Source of the DNA: Candidatus Aminicenantes bacterium
GTDB taxonomy: Bacteria > Acidobacteriota > Aminicenantia > Aminicenantales > Saccharicenantaceae
NCBI GenBank assembly: GCA_963843505.1
Contig: CAWJKR010000008.1
Location: forward strand, 465,922-529,921
Length of the DNA: 64,000 bases
Reading direction: 5' to 3'
A program made the position numbers and the translations under genes. Of this stretch, positions 1 to 10,334 are shown piece after piece; the stretch's first letter is position 1, and each line of letters opens with the position of its first letter. The notes beneath the pieces are model-generated. The model was not told the origin of the DNA. It did not search any database and worked only from the letters and a program-made list of their open reading frames with translations.

Positions 1-2
1 TC

Positions 3-107
3 GTCGTCGTCGGCGGCCTGGTCACGTCCACGATCCTGACGCTCTTGGTGCTGCCCGTTCTCTATAGCTGGCTCGGCGGCGGGAAGCGAGCGCCCAGCAA
101 CAGCTAA
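3..107 (+). CDS. C-terminal fragment of an RND efflux permease (CusA/CzcA/AcrB family); 5' part outside window
   Basis: Frame from base 3 reads VVVGGLVTSTILTLLVLPVLYSWLGGGKRAPSNS*, the typical last TM helix of RND permeases; TAA at 105-107. Confidence 0.8.
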   Translation, partial: VVVGGLVTSTILTLLVLPVLYSWLGGGKRAPSNS

Positions 108-114
108 AGAAGAT

Positions 115-198
115 GGGGTCAAACCTATACCTTTTTAATTTTCGAGGCTAGCCGTACCGGGGGCTGCTCGAAAATTAAAAAGGTATAGGTTTGACCCC
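115..198. repeat. Palindromic REP/REPIN/MITE-like element, copy 1
   Basis: Perfect 32-bp inverted repeat GGGGTCAAACCTATACCTTTTTAATTTTCGAG (115-146) with its reverse complement (167-198) and a 20-nt spacer; AT-rich in a GC-rich context; second copy at 55063-55135. Confidence 0.9.
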
Positions 199-219
199 GT
201 CTTATCCCTATGTTATAAA
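191..219 (+). promoter_or_regulatory. Putative sigma70 promoter for the permease operon
   Basis: TTGACC (191-196, inside the palindrome arm), 17-bp spacer, extended TGn-TATAAA (211-219); ATG at 228 with no SD. Confidence 0.55.
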
Positions 220-227
220 TCGCCCTC

Positions 228-1679
228 ATGAAGAGCGTCCTGTTCGCCACGAAGAGCCTCGAGCAGCTGACGCAGGAGGCCTCGTCGGAGTCCTCCGGTC
301 TCAAGCGCGTCCTCGGCCCCTGGCACCTCATCTTCCTCGGCGTCGGGGCCATCGTCGGGGCCGGCATCTTCGTCATGACCGGCCACGTCGCCGCCCAGTA
401 CGCCGGGCCCGCCGTCACGCTGTCCATCGTCCTCGCCGGGGTCACGTGCGCCTTCGCCGGGCTCTGCTACGCCGAGTTCGCCTCGCTCATCCCCATCGCC
501 GGCAGCGCCTACACCTACGCCTATTCGACCCTCGGCGAGATCTTCGCCTGGATCATCGGCTGGGACCTCATCCTGGAATACTCGGTCGGCGCGACGACCG
601 TGGCCATCGGCTGGTCCGGCTACGTCGTCAGCTTCCTCAAGGGCGTCGGGATCAATTTCCCGGCCGCCCTGGCCGACGCGCCCTACGCCTTCGATCCCAA
701 GTCCGGCGCGTGGACGCGGACGGGCTCGTTCATCAACCTCCCGGCCCTCCTGATCATCGCCCTCATCACCATCGTCCTCGTCCGGGGCATCCGCGAGTCG
801 GCCTCGGTCAACTCCGTCATCGTCTTCCTGAAGATCAGCATCATCCTCGTCTTTGTCGGCGCGGGCATCTTCTTCATCAAACCGGAGCTGTGGCATCCCT
901 TCATCCCCGCCAACCAGGGGCAATCCGGCTTCTTCGGCTGGAGCGGGATCCTCCGCGGGGCCGGGGTGATGTTCTTCGCCTACCTCGGCTTCGACGCCGT
1001 CTCGACCGCCGCCCAGGAGGCCAAGAACCCCAAGCGGGACATGCCCATCGGCATCCTCGGATCGCTCTTCGCCTGCACGGCCATCTACATCGTCTTCTCC
1101 CTCGTCCTCACGGGCGTCGTCCCCTACAACGAGCTCAACGTCACCGCCCCCGTGGCCGTGGCCATCGACGCCATGCGGCTCTTCTGGCTCTCGCCCCTCA
1201 TCAAGATCGCCGCCATCGTCGGGCTCATGTCGGTCATGATGGTCCAGCTCATGGGCCAGCCGCGGATCTTCTACACCATGGCCAAGGACGGGCTCCTGCC
1301 GCCGGCCGCGGCCAAGATCCACCCCAAGTACGGCACGCCCCACGTCACCACGATGATCACCGGCATTCTCGTCGGCGTCGCCGCCGCGCTCCTGCCCATG
1401 GGCATCGTCGGCGAGCTCGTCAGCATCGGGACGCTCTTCGCCTTCGCCATCGTCTGCGGCGGCGTCCTCGTCCTCCGCTACACCCGGCCCGACATCCCGC
1501 GGCCGTTCCGGACGCCCCTCGTCCCGTTCGTCCCGCTTCTCGGCATCTTTTCCTGCGTCTACCTGATGACCTTCCTGTCCAAGGACACCTGGATCCGCCT
1601 CATCGTCTGGATGGCGATCGGGCTGGTCATCTACTTCACCTACGGCATCCGCAAGAGCAAGCTCAGGAGAAGGCCATGA
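228..1679 (+). CDS. APC-family amino acid permease (cationic amino acid transporter-like)
   Basis: 483 aa, ~12 TM; [48 protein letters not shown] motifs. Confidence 0.93.
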   Translation: MKSVLFATKSLEQLTQEASSESSGLKRVLGPWHLIFLGVGAIVGAGIFVMTGHVAAQYAGPAVTLSIVLAGVTCAFAGLCYAEFASLIPIAGSAYTYAYSTLGEIFAWIIGWDLILEYSVGATTVAIGWSGYVVSFLKGVGINFPAALADAPYAFDPKSGAWTRTGSFINLPALLIIALITIVLVRGIRESASVNSVIVFLKISIILVFVGAGIFFIKPELWHPFIPANQGQSGFFGWSGILRGAGVMFFAYLGFDAVSTAAQEAKNPKRDMPIGILGSLFACTAIYIVFSLVLTGVVPYNELNVTAPVAVAIDAMRLFWLSPLIKIAAIVGLMSVMMVQLMGQPRIFYTMAKDGLLPPAAAKIHPKYGTPHVTTMITGILVGVAAALLPMGIVGELVSIGTLFAFAIVCGGVLVLRYTRPDIPRPFRTPLVPFVPLLGIFSCVYLMTFLSKDTWIRLIVWMAIGLVIYFTYGIRKSKLRRRP

Positions 1680-3173
1680 ACGTCCCCGCCGCTCCCCCCG
1701 CCGCCGCCGCCGTCGAGGCCGGGGCCCACGCACTTCAAGCGCGAGATGTCCCTCTTCGACGCCATGATGATCGTCATGGGCGCCATGATCGGCTCGGGCA
1801 TCTTCATCGTCAGCGCCGACATCGCCCGCACGGTCGGCTCGCCCGGCCTCCTGCTCCTCGTCTGGCTCATCACCGGCATCGTCACGATCATCGGCGCCTT
1901 GAGCTACGGCGAGCTGGCCGGGATGATGCCCCACGCCGGCGGCCTCTACGTCTACCTGCGCGAGGCCTACGGCCCGCTCATCGGCTTCCTCTACGGTTGG
2001 ACGACCTTTCTCGTCATCCAGACCGGGACCATCGCCGCGGTGGGCGTCGCCTTCGCCAAGTTCACGGGCCTGCTCGTCCCCTGGTTCAGCGAGAAGCACG
2101 TCCTGGCGAACGCCCTGGGCCTGAAGGTCTCGGCCGCCCAGCTCCTGGCCATCGTCAGCATCATCGTCCTGACCTGGCTCAACATGCGCGGCCTGCGCAC
2201 CGGCAAGACCATCCAGGGGATCTTCACGGTGACCAAGACGGTCGCGCTCGGCGGCCTCATCCTGCTCGGCTTCGTCGTCGGGGCCAACGCCGCGGCCATC
2301 AAGGCCAATCTGGCCGGCCTCTGGAAGGCCTCCTGGACCCATATGGCGGCCGGCCAGATCGTCTCGGTCGAGCCGCTGACGGGCCTCATGCTCCTGGCGG
2401 CCATCGGCGCGGCCATGGTCGGGTCGCTCTTCGCCTCGGACGAATGGTACACCGTGACCTACATCGCCGGCGAGGTCAAGAACCCCCGCAAGAACATCCC
2501 CCTGAGCCTCGTCCTCGGGGCGGGGATCGTCATCCTGCTCTACTTCCTGGCCAACGTCGCCTACGTCGTCACCCTGCCGGTCCTCGGCAGCCCGGACGCG
2601 GCCGACGTCATGGGCCGGGGCATCCAGTTCGCCCAGTCCGACCGCGTCGGCACCGCGGCCGCCGAGATGATCTTCGGCGGCCCGGCGGCCCTCATCATGG
2701 CCGTGCTGATCATGATCTCCACGTTCGGCTGCAACAACGGCCTCATCCTCTCGGGCGCCCGCGTCTACTACGCCATGGCCAGGGACGGCCTGTTCTTCAA
2801 GTCCACGGGCACCCTGAACCGGAAGTCGGTCCCGGGCACGGCCCTCGTCGTCCAATGCGTCTGGGCCTGCCTGCTCTGCCTCTCCGGCACCTACAGCGAC
2901 CTTCTGGACTACGTCGTCTTCGCCGTGCTGATCTTCTTCGTCCTGATCGTCTCCGGGATCTTCATCCTCAGGAAGAAGCACCCCGACTGGGAGAGGCCGT
3001 ACAAGGCCTGGGGCTATCCCGTCGTGCCCGCCCTCTATGTCCTGGTCGCGGCGGCCATCGCCGTCGACCTGCTCGTCTTCAAGACGAAGTACACATTCCC
3101 CGGCCTGCTCATCGTCCTGATGGGCATCCCGGTCTATCTCATCCGCAAGCGTTTCGCCCGGACGCGGGCCTAG
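1676..3173 (+). CDS. APC-family amino acid permease (LAT/SteT-like); probable indel near 1720
   Basis: [38 protein letters not shown] motifs; ATG 1676 overlaps the upstream stop (ATGA) and joins the 1746 ORF after a shift in a G run. Confidence 0.9.
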
Positions 3174-3175
3174 GC

Positions 3176-3367
3176 CTATTTCTTCCGCTCGGCGGCGAGA
3201 ACGCCGCCGATCATGTATTCCCGGGGCGTGAACTCCTGGACCCAGACGCGGATCGATTCGAGCGGGGCCCCGATCGAATCGTGCACGGCCGCGGTGACCG
3301 CGGTGAGCAGGGCCTTCTTCTGTTCGTCCGTCCGGCCTTCGAGCATGTGGATCTCGACGAGTGGCAT
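3176..3367 (-). CDS. 4-oxalocrotonate tautomerase family protein
   Basis: MPLVEIHMLEGRTDEQKKALL; catalytic N-terminal Pro; 63 aa. Confidence 0.9.
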   Translation of the reverse strand: MPLVEIHMLEGRTDEQKKALLTAVTAAVHDSIGAPLESIRVWVQEFTPREYMIGGVLAAERKK

Positions 3368-3432
3368 GGCCGACTCCTTCTGTTTGACTTTGCGGAGGCC
3401 TTCTGATAATACCATAGAAAAGACGGACACCC

Positions 3433-3780
3433 ATGATCATCAAGACCCGCGAGATCGATAACATCGTCGTCTTCGACGTCGAGGGCGAGATCCGCCGCAC
3501 CGACACGGCCCAGGAGACCCTCCACAGCCTGGTCGAAGCCCAGCTCGACCGGGGCCGGAGGAACGTCCTGCTCAACCTCGGCGGCGTGGAGTTCATCGAC
3601 AGCTTCGGCGTGGGCCAGATCCTGGCCAGCTACATCTCGACCCAGAACCTCGGCGGCCGGCTCAAGCTCTGCCAGATCTCCCACAAGCTCCTCCTCATCT
3701 TCCAGATCACCATGCTGACCAAGGTCCTCGAGATCCACGAGGATTGCGACCGGGCCTTGGAGAGCTTCAGGAAGGCCTGA
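3433..3780 (+). CDS. STAS-domain anti-sigma factor antagonist (RsbV/SpoIIAA-like)
   Basis: 115 aa; LLNLGGVEFIDSFGVG with the phospho-acceptor Ser motif. Confidence 0.9.
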   Translation: MIIKTREIDNIVVFDVEGEIRRTDTAQETLHSLVEAQLDRGRRNVLLNLGGVEFIDSFGVGQILASYISTQNLGGRLKLCQISHKLLLIFQITMLTKVLEIHEDCDRALESFRKA

Positions 3781-3808
3781 CCTTCCGGGGGCCTGAGGGG
3801 GGAGGGGA

Positions 3809-6365
3809 GTGCCCGACGGGCGGCTCGAAAGGATCCTGAGAGGCTTCGGGGACGTCCGCGGCCGCGAGGCCCGCGCCGCCCTGTCCCTGTCCGCGTACTT
3901 CTTCCTGATCACTTTCACCTTCTACATCATCAAGCCGGTCAAGGAGAGCTTCCTGATCGGCACCGCCCCGACCTGGTGGCCTTTCGCCGAGCTGGCCACG
4001 GCCCTGCTCATCGGCTTCGTCGTCGCCCTCAACGCCCGGCTCCTCGACCGCCTGCCCCGGCGGACCTACCTGACGGCCTCGCTCCTGTTCTTCATCGCCA
4101 GCCTCCTCGCCTTCTGGTTCGTCTTCGACGTCCACCAGAAGAGCCTGGTCATGACGCCCGTGGCCGACGCGTCCGGCATCTTCTTCTTCCTCTGGGCCCA
4201 GGTCATCATCCTGAACTCCTGGAACGTCGTCGTCATCGTCTTCTGCTTCTGGGCCGACATCTTCATCGCCCTGTCCGTGACCCAGTTCTGGATCTCCGTC
4301 AACGACATCTTCGACCCGCACCAGGCCAAGCGGCTGGTCGGGCTCTTCGTCGCCGGGGGCCTTTTCGGCGGCATCGCCGGCTCCGGCGCCGCCGCGCTGG
4401 TCACCTTCGCGCGCGTCATCCACGCCGAGGACCTTCTTCTCGTCTGCCCCGTCCTGCTCGTCCTGGCCCTCGTCGTCATCAACGTCGTCTACGCCGAGCA
4501 GCGCAAGATCGACGCCGCGGTCGGCGACGAGCGCATCGCGCGGGGCTCCAAAGTCGGGTATCTCGAGAGCTTCCGGACCGTCCGGCGGGACCGCTACCTC
4601 CGCCTGCTGGCGGCGATGCTGGCCTCGGCCATGGTCGCCGGCTCCCTCATCAACTACCAGTTCAAGACGGTCGTCAAGAGCATCGTCACCAACGATCAGC
4701 AGAGGACGGCGGCCATCGCCGGGTTCTTCCTGATCATCCTGGTCGTTTCGACGGTCTTCCACCTCCTCACGACCGGCCGCGTCCTCAGGACCTACGGCAT
4801 CCGCTGGGCCATCCTCGTCGCGCCGGCCCTGCTGCTGCTGGGATCGGCGGCGGTCTTCCTGATCCCCGCCGGGGCGATGCTCGCCTGGGCCTGTTTCGTC
4901 CGCGGCGGCGACAAGACCTTCGACAACACGCTCAGCCAGTCCGTCCGCGAGCTGCTGTATATCCCCGTGTCCGCGGACGTCAAATACCGGGCCAAGCTCT
5001 TCATCGACATGTTCGTCAGCAAGTTCGCCACGGGCCTCGGCGCCGCGCTCTTCCTTCTCCTCTACTCCACCCGGCAGTTCGCCTACCGCACCGACCAGCC
5101 GCTGGCCGTCGTCCGCGAGATCGGCCTCGCCGTCCTCGTCTTCCTGGCCCTCTGGCTTGTCCTGACCCGGCTCGTCTACCGGGAGTACCCGGCGGTCCTG
5201 AAGAAGGACCTCGGCCGGCTCTGGGTCCCCGGCCAGGACGTCGTCGACAAGCACATCGACGAGAAGCTCGTCCGCGAGGTCTTCGAGGCCATCCAGAGCC
5301 GCGAGCGCAGCACGACGCTCTACTACATGAACCTCTTCAACCTCGTCCGGTCGAACAACCTGACCCCCGAGCTCAAGGAGCTCCTGGGCATCAAGCGGGA
5401 CGAGATCAAGGCCCGGGCCATGGACGCCCTGTTCGACGTCGGCGGCGAGGCCTTCTTCCCCGGCCTCGACGAGGCCATCACCGACACGGAGTTCCAGAAG
5501 GAGATCGACCTCATCTTCCTGCTGCCCTCCTACCAGAAGATCATGGACGACCGCCTCGGCGGGATCGTCGGCCTCGCCCGTCCGAGGTCGACCGGATCGA
5601 GGCGGCCAACAGCATCTGCCGGATGGCGCCGAGCCCCTCGACGATCGAGGCCCTGAGCCCGCCTCCTCCAGGACCCCTCGCCCGACGTCGTCCTCTACGC
5701 CCTGAACAGCGCCTCCGTCCACCGGCGCCGCGAGCACCTGCCGCTCATCGTGAGGCAGCTGGCCAATCCCCGGACGGTCGCCGAGGCCCAGACGGCGCTG
5801 GCCGCCTACGGGCCCGATGTCCTCGGGCTTCATCGCCCCGGTCCTCCGCTCGGCCGACGAGCCCCTGGAGGTCCGCCGGGCCATCCCGGACGTTCTGGCC
5901 CGGATCGGCACCCAGAAGGCCGCCGACATCCTCGTCGCCGAGCTGGCCCGCCGCCGCGACGACATGGAGCAGCCGCTCGTCGACGCCCTCTACAAGCTCC
6001 GCGCCGCCCGGCCCGAGGTCCGCTTCCGGAGAAGGACGTCCGGCCGGAGCTCCTCCATCCTGATCCGTCAGGGCCTGCGACCTCGTCACGGACCCGCCCG
6101 GCTCCCCGGACGCGGCCAAGGCGCAGCTGGACGATCCGCGATCCGGCGCGTCTTCGACCTCCTGACGCTCCTCTATCCGCGCGAGGAGATCGTCAACGAC
6201 TACCAGAACATCCTCCAGGGGACCGCCAAGTCCGTCGACTATTCCCTCGAGCACCTCGACAACCTCCTCGACCGGGAGGTCAAGGAGCTCCTTTTCCCGC
6301 TCATCGAGGACCTGCCGGCCGACGAACGGTGCCTGCGCCTGAAAAAGGCGCTGAGGTTGAAATGA
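3809..6365 (+). CDS. NTT/TLC-family (Npt1-like) nucleotide transporter with C-terminal HEAT repeats; frameshifted near 5580-6130
   Basis: YIIKPVKESF, QFWISVNDIFDPHQAKRL, SLINYQFK, RELLYIPV, KYRAKLFIDMF motifs; HEAT-like helices (QDPSPDVVLYAL, EPLEVRRAIPDVLARIG) continue in shifted frames to the stop at 6365. Confidence 0.82.
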
Positions 6366-6403
6366 CGGGCCGCGTCATTTAGAATGAAGAGGAAGGGCGA
6401 GCC

Positions 6404-8088
6404 ATGGCCAACCTGTACATCTACCCGAAGACCGGAGAGCCCTCGACCTTCCCCCTGGGCCCGCGCCGCGTGACGATCGGCCGGTCGGCCGCGAACGACA
6501 TCGTCCTCTCCGACCAGTTCAGCTCGGGCTGCCACGCCGTCGTCGTCCCGACCGAGCGGGGCTACGCCCTGGTCGACCAGGGCAGCAAGAACGGGACCTT
6601 CGTCAACGGCCGCCGCGTCAGCGGCGAGATCGATCTCGCCCGCGGCGACGAGATCCTCATCGGCTCGACCCGCTTCTACTTCGACAAGGACTTCCAGCCC
6701 TCCGTCGAGACCGTCGAGGGCACGACCTTCACCCACAGCTCGAACACGATCATCCAGGTCAAGGACCTCCTCAAGAAGCCGCGGCCGGCCAGCGCGCCTC
6801 GTGAAGACCCCGGGCGGCGGGCTCGACCTCGAGCGCTTCCAGCAGGACCAGAAGATCATCGCCGGTCGTGGGCGAGGTCAGCCAGGCCCTCATCTATCAC
6901 ATGCCCCTCGACAAGCTCCTCGACCACATCATGGACGTCCTCATCCAGCACCTGCCCATGGACCGGGGCGTCCTCATGCTCAAGAACGAGGAGACCCAGG
7001 CCCTCGAGCCCAAGGTCGTCCGGGTCCAGAACGGCGCCCTGCGGACCCAGAGCATCTTCGTCAGCCAGACGATCGTCAAGACGGCCCTGGAGCGCAACTC
7101 GGCCATCCTCATCTCCGACATCCAGGCCGACGAGGGCCTGCGGGCCCAGATGAGCGTCGTCCAGGCCCAGATCCACTCGGCCATGTGCGTGCCGCTCTGG
7201 AACAACCAGGACATCATCGGCCTGATCTACTGCGACCGGGCCTCGCTCATCGAGCAGTTCACGGAGGACGACCTGCGCCTCCTGACGCTTCTCGCCAACC
7301 TGGCCGCCGTGAAGATCGAGAACGCCCGCCTCATCGACGAGTCCATCAAGGCCCTCCAGTACGAGCGGGAGATCGCCCTGGCCGTCCAGATCCAGAAGAA
7401 CTTCCTGCCCCGGGACGAGCCGGACTTCGCGCCCTACGAGATCAGCGGCAGCGCCCGGGCCTGCCGCCGCGTCGGCGGCGACTATTACGATTACATCGCC
7501 ATCGACAAGGACCGCCTGGCCGTCGTCATCGCCGACGTCTCGGGCGTCGGCGTCAGCGCCTCCCTGCTCATGGCCTCGCTGCGCGGGGCCCTCCACGAGA
7601 AATTCCCCGGGACCGTCGATCTCGGCGAGCTGGCCGCCAAGCTCAACGATTTCGTCTACGCGAGCTCGGACAGCCACCTCTTCATCTCGTTCTTCCTGGC
7701 CATCCTCGACCGGGCGCAGGGACGAGGTCTCCTTCATCAACGCCGGCCACAACCCGCCGCTCCTCCTGGGGCGCAAGGGGCCGGCCCGTCTCCTCGAGAG
7801 CACCGGGCCCTGCCTGGGGATGTTCCCGGCCCAGGCCTTCGCCGAGCAGACCGTCGCCCTCGGCGCCGGCGACATCCTCTGCCTTTACACCGACGGGATC
7901 GTCGAGAGCCGGAAGGGCGAGCACGACGAGTACGGGGTCGAGCGCCTGGCGGAGAAGGCTCAGGGAGCTCGGCCGGCCTGCCGGCCGCGGAGGTCCGGGA
8001 CAAGATCTTCGAGGACGTCCTCGCCTTCAGCGGCTGCGCCGAAGCGGGCGACGACATGACGCTCGTCGTCGTCAAGCGGAACCCGTGA
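6404..8088 (+). CDS. FHA-GAF-PP2C (SpoIIE/RsbU-like) serine phosphatase; frameshifted
   Basis: FHA (TIGRS, SSGCHA, SKNGTFVNG), GAF (SAMCVPLW, FTEDDLRLL) and PP2C (VGGDYYD, IADVSG, NAGHNPP, LYTDGIVE, DDMTL) spread over 3 frames. Confidence 0.88.
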
Positions 8089-8531
8089 AGAACGCGGACG
8101 TGAGGCGCACCGGGACCGGCGAGGACGCCGCGGAGCTCCGCGTTTCCGCCGACCTCAAGGCCATCGACCGCGTCCGCGGCTTCCTCAGGGAGGCCATCGC
8201 CGACCTGCCCTTCGATGAGCAGGACCGGCTCAAGATCGAGCTGGCCCTTCACGAGATCTGCGTCAACATCGCCCGCTATGCCTATCCCCGCGGACGCAAG
8301 GGCGAGATGACCGTGCGCATCTGGCGGGACGGCGGTTCGCTGTTCATCGAGGTCCGGGACAAGGGCATCCCCTTCAATCCCGTCCGGAAGAAGAACCCCG
8401 ACCTCATGGTCAAGCTCCGGCGCGGCGTCCCCGGCGGGCTGGGCGTCTACTTTTTCAAGACGCTGATGGACGGCCTGTCCTACCGGCGGACGGGCGGACA
8501 GAACATCCTGACCGTCCGCAAGTCCCTCTGA
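8085..8531 (+). CDS. Anti-sigma factor / Ser kinase (RsbW-like HATPase)
   Basis: GTG overlapping the upstream TGA; ELALHEICVNIARYAY, EVRDKGIPFNP, PGGLGVY motifs. Confidence 0.88.
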   Translation: MKNADVRRTGTGEDAAELRVSADLKAIDRVRGFLREAIADLPFDEQDRLKIELALHEICVNIARYAYPRGRKGEMTVRIWRDGGSLFIEVRDKGIPFNPVRKKNPDLMVKLRRGVPGGLGVYFFKTLMDGLSYRRTGGQNILTVRKSL

Positions 8532-9441
8532 TCAGTAGAAGACCTTGTCTTCCCCGTTGGCCCTGACCAGCCGGTCGATCTCCGCCAGGATGAGGTCCCG
8601 CCGGATGAGGACGGCGCGGATCTCCTCGTCGGTGAGATAGCTCCCGACGACCGACTTGATCGCGGCGAAATCGAGGGACTTGACCTTGTCGACGACCGCC
8701 CGGGGCAGCTCGCTCATGAGCATCGGCCCCGCCGGGCTCTTGGCCGAATAGAGGAGTCCCTTGGTGAACTTGCCCGACGTCCGGAACGACCGGGAATGGT
8801 CGATGAGGATCATCCGCCAGTCGCGCGTGATCAGGATCTGGTTCGAGTGGCGGTCCTCGTTGGCGATGAGGTTGTCGAAGAGCCGCTGCAGATAGGTGGC
8901 CCGGTTCCAGCCGAGGACCTTGATCGGGGGCATCTTGATCCGCTTCTCGTCCCTGTCCCTGAGCGACATGGCAGTCGTCGATCCAGTATTGGCAGGAGCC
9001 GCGGTCGCCGCGAAAACGGCGCTCGACCGTGGGGGGGACCATGCCGAGCCCGAGGTACTTGTCGAGACGGTAGGCGGCGATCTCGTAGTGCCAGCCTTCC
9101 CAGTAGCCGCCCATGCGGCCCTCGGGGTTCTTCCAGAGGCCCCGATGTGTGACGCCGCCGAGCTTGAGCGTCAGGACCCAGGGCGAGGTCACGGCCTCGG
9201 CCCCGCTCAGCTGCTTGCTTCCGACTCGATCACGGCCGCCTTCTCGAGGAATTCCTCCCACTTGCTCGCGCTGGGCCAGCTCGTCGGGAAGGAACTGGAG
9301 CGGGGCGGGGGAGACCGCCGCGGGCGGGCCGGGCGAGGCCTTGTCCGCGGGGGCCCCGGCGTCGACGCAGGCCAGCAGGATCGCGCCGAGAGGCAGGAGG
9401 ACGGCCAGGCCGGTCGATAGGAAGCGCTTGTTCCCTCTCAA
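8532..9441 (-). CDS. Predicted lipoprotein with Fam20/Four-jointed/PI4K-like atypical kinase domain (kinase A); frameshifted
   Basis: TTG start overlapping the upstream stop; signal with LLAC lipobox; GLWKNP, YEIAAYRLDKYLGLGMVPPTVER, FDNLIANEDRHSNQIL, LIDHSRSF. Confidence 0.72.
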
Positions 9442-10275
9442 TACAGCACCGCCTCTTCGCCCTGTTCCTCGACCATCCGGGCGATCTCCCGGAGGAGGAT
9501 GTCCCGGCGGGCGAGGACGGCCTTGATCTCCCTGTCGGTGAGCGTCTTCCCGACGGCCTCGCGGATGTTCTCGAAGGTCAGGGTCTTGATCCTGTCGACG
9601 AACCAGCGGGGCAGGCGGCGAAAGAGGAACGGCTCGCCCAGGGCCGACGTCTTGAGGCCGTCGCGGCCGAACATGAGACGCTCCGAGTACTCGCCGCCCG
9701 CACCGGAAGGACCGCGAGTGGTCGAAGACGATCGTCCGCCAGTCCTCGGTATAAAGGATGTTCTGCTGGGTCCGGTCCTCGTTGGCGATGAGGCTGTCCC
9801 AGGCCCGGGTCAGCCATTTCATCTTGTCGGTCCGGTCCTTGGCCTCGTCGGGGATGGGGATGCCCTGCTCGATGACCTTGAGCAGGCTGTACTTGCTCTC
9901 GGCCCAGAGGACCAGGGCGCCCGGCTTGCCCTGGAACTCGCGCTCGACGGCCGGGGGGACCATGTTCGTCCCGAGGAGCTTGTCCATGCCGTAGGCGGCG
10001 ATCTCGTATTGCCAGCCCTCGAGGTGGCCGCCTTGCAGGCCGCGGGGGTTCTTCCAGGCGGCCGCGAGCTCGACCCCGTCCTTGCGGAGATAGAGCTTGA
10101 GCGGTTTCGTCACGCCTTCGCCGATCTCCTCGAAGCGGACGATCTCGGCCGTGCGGAGGAACTCCTCCCGGGCCGGCCTCAGGGCGATCTCATCGGGCCG
10201 GAACTGGGCCCACGAGCCGGGCGGACCGGCCGCCGCGGCCAGGGCCAGGACGAAGAGGACGGCGACGCGTTTCAT
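9438..10275 (-). CDS. Secreted Fam20/PI4K-like atypical kinase (kinase B), paralog of kinase A; frameshift near 9700
   Basis: Signal peptide MKRVAVLFVLALAAAAG; IGEGVTKP, AAWKNP, YEIAAYGMDKLLGTNMVPPAVER, WDSLIANEDRTQQNIL, FDHSRSF. Confidence 0.72.
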
Positions 10276-10334
10276 GACATCCTCCCCCGACGATGAACGG
10301 ACCGTTCCGATGATAGTCTCACGTCGGGACGATT

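Noticed and set aside
191-3596. Very long ORFs (1071 aa +, 1127 aa -) and many similar R/P/G-rich ORFs across the window
   Set aside because: These are shadow frames of real genes in high-GC DNA; their composition is unrealistic and they contain no motifs.
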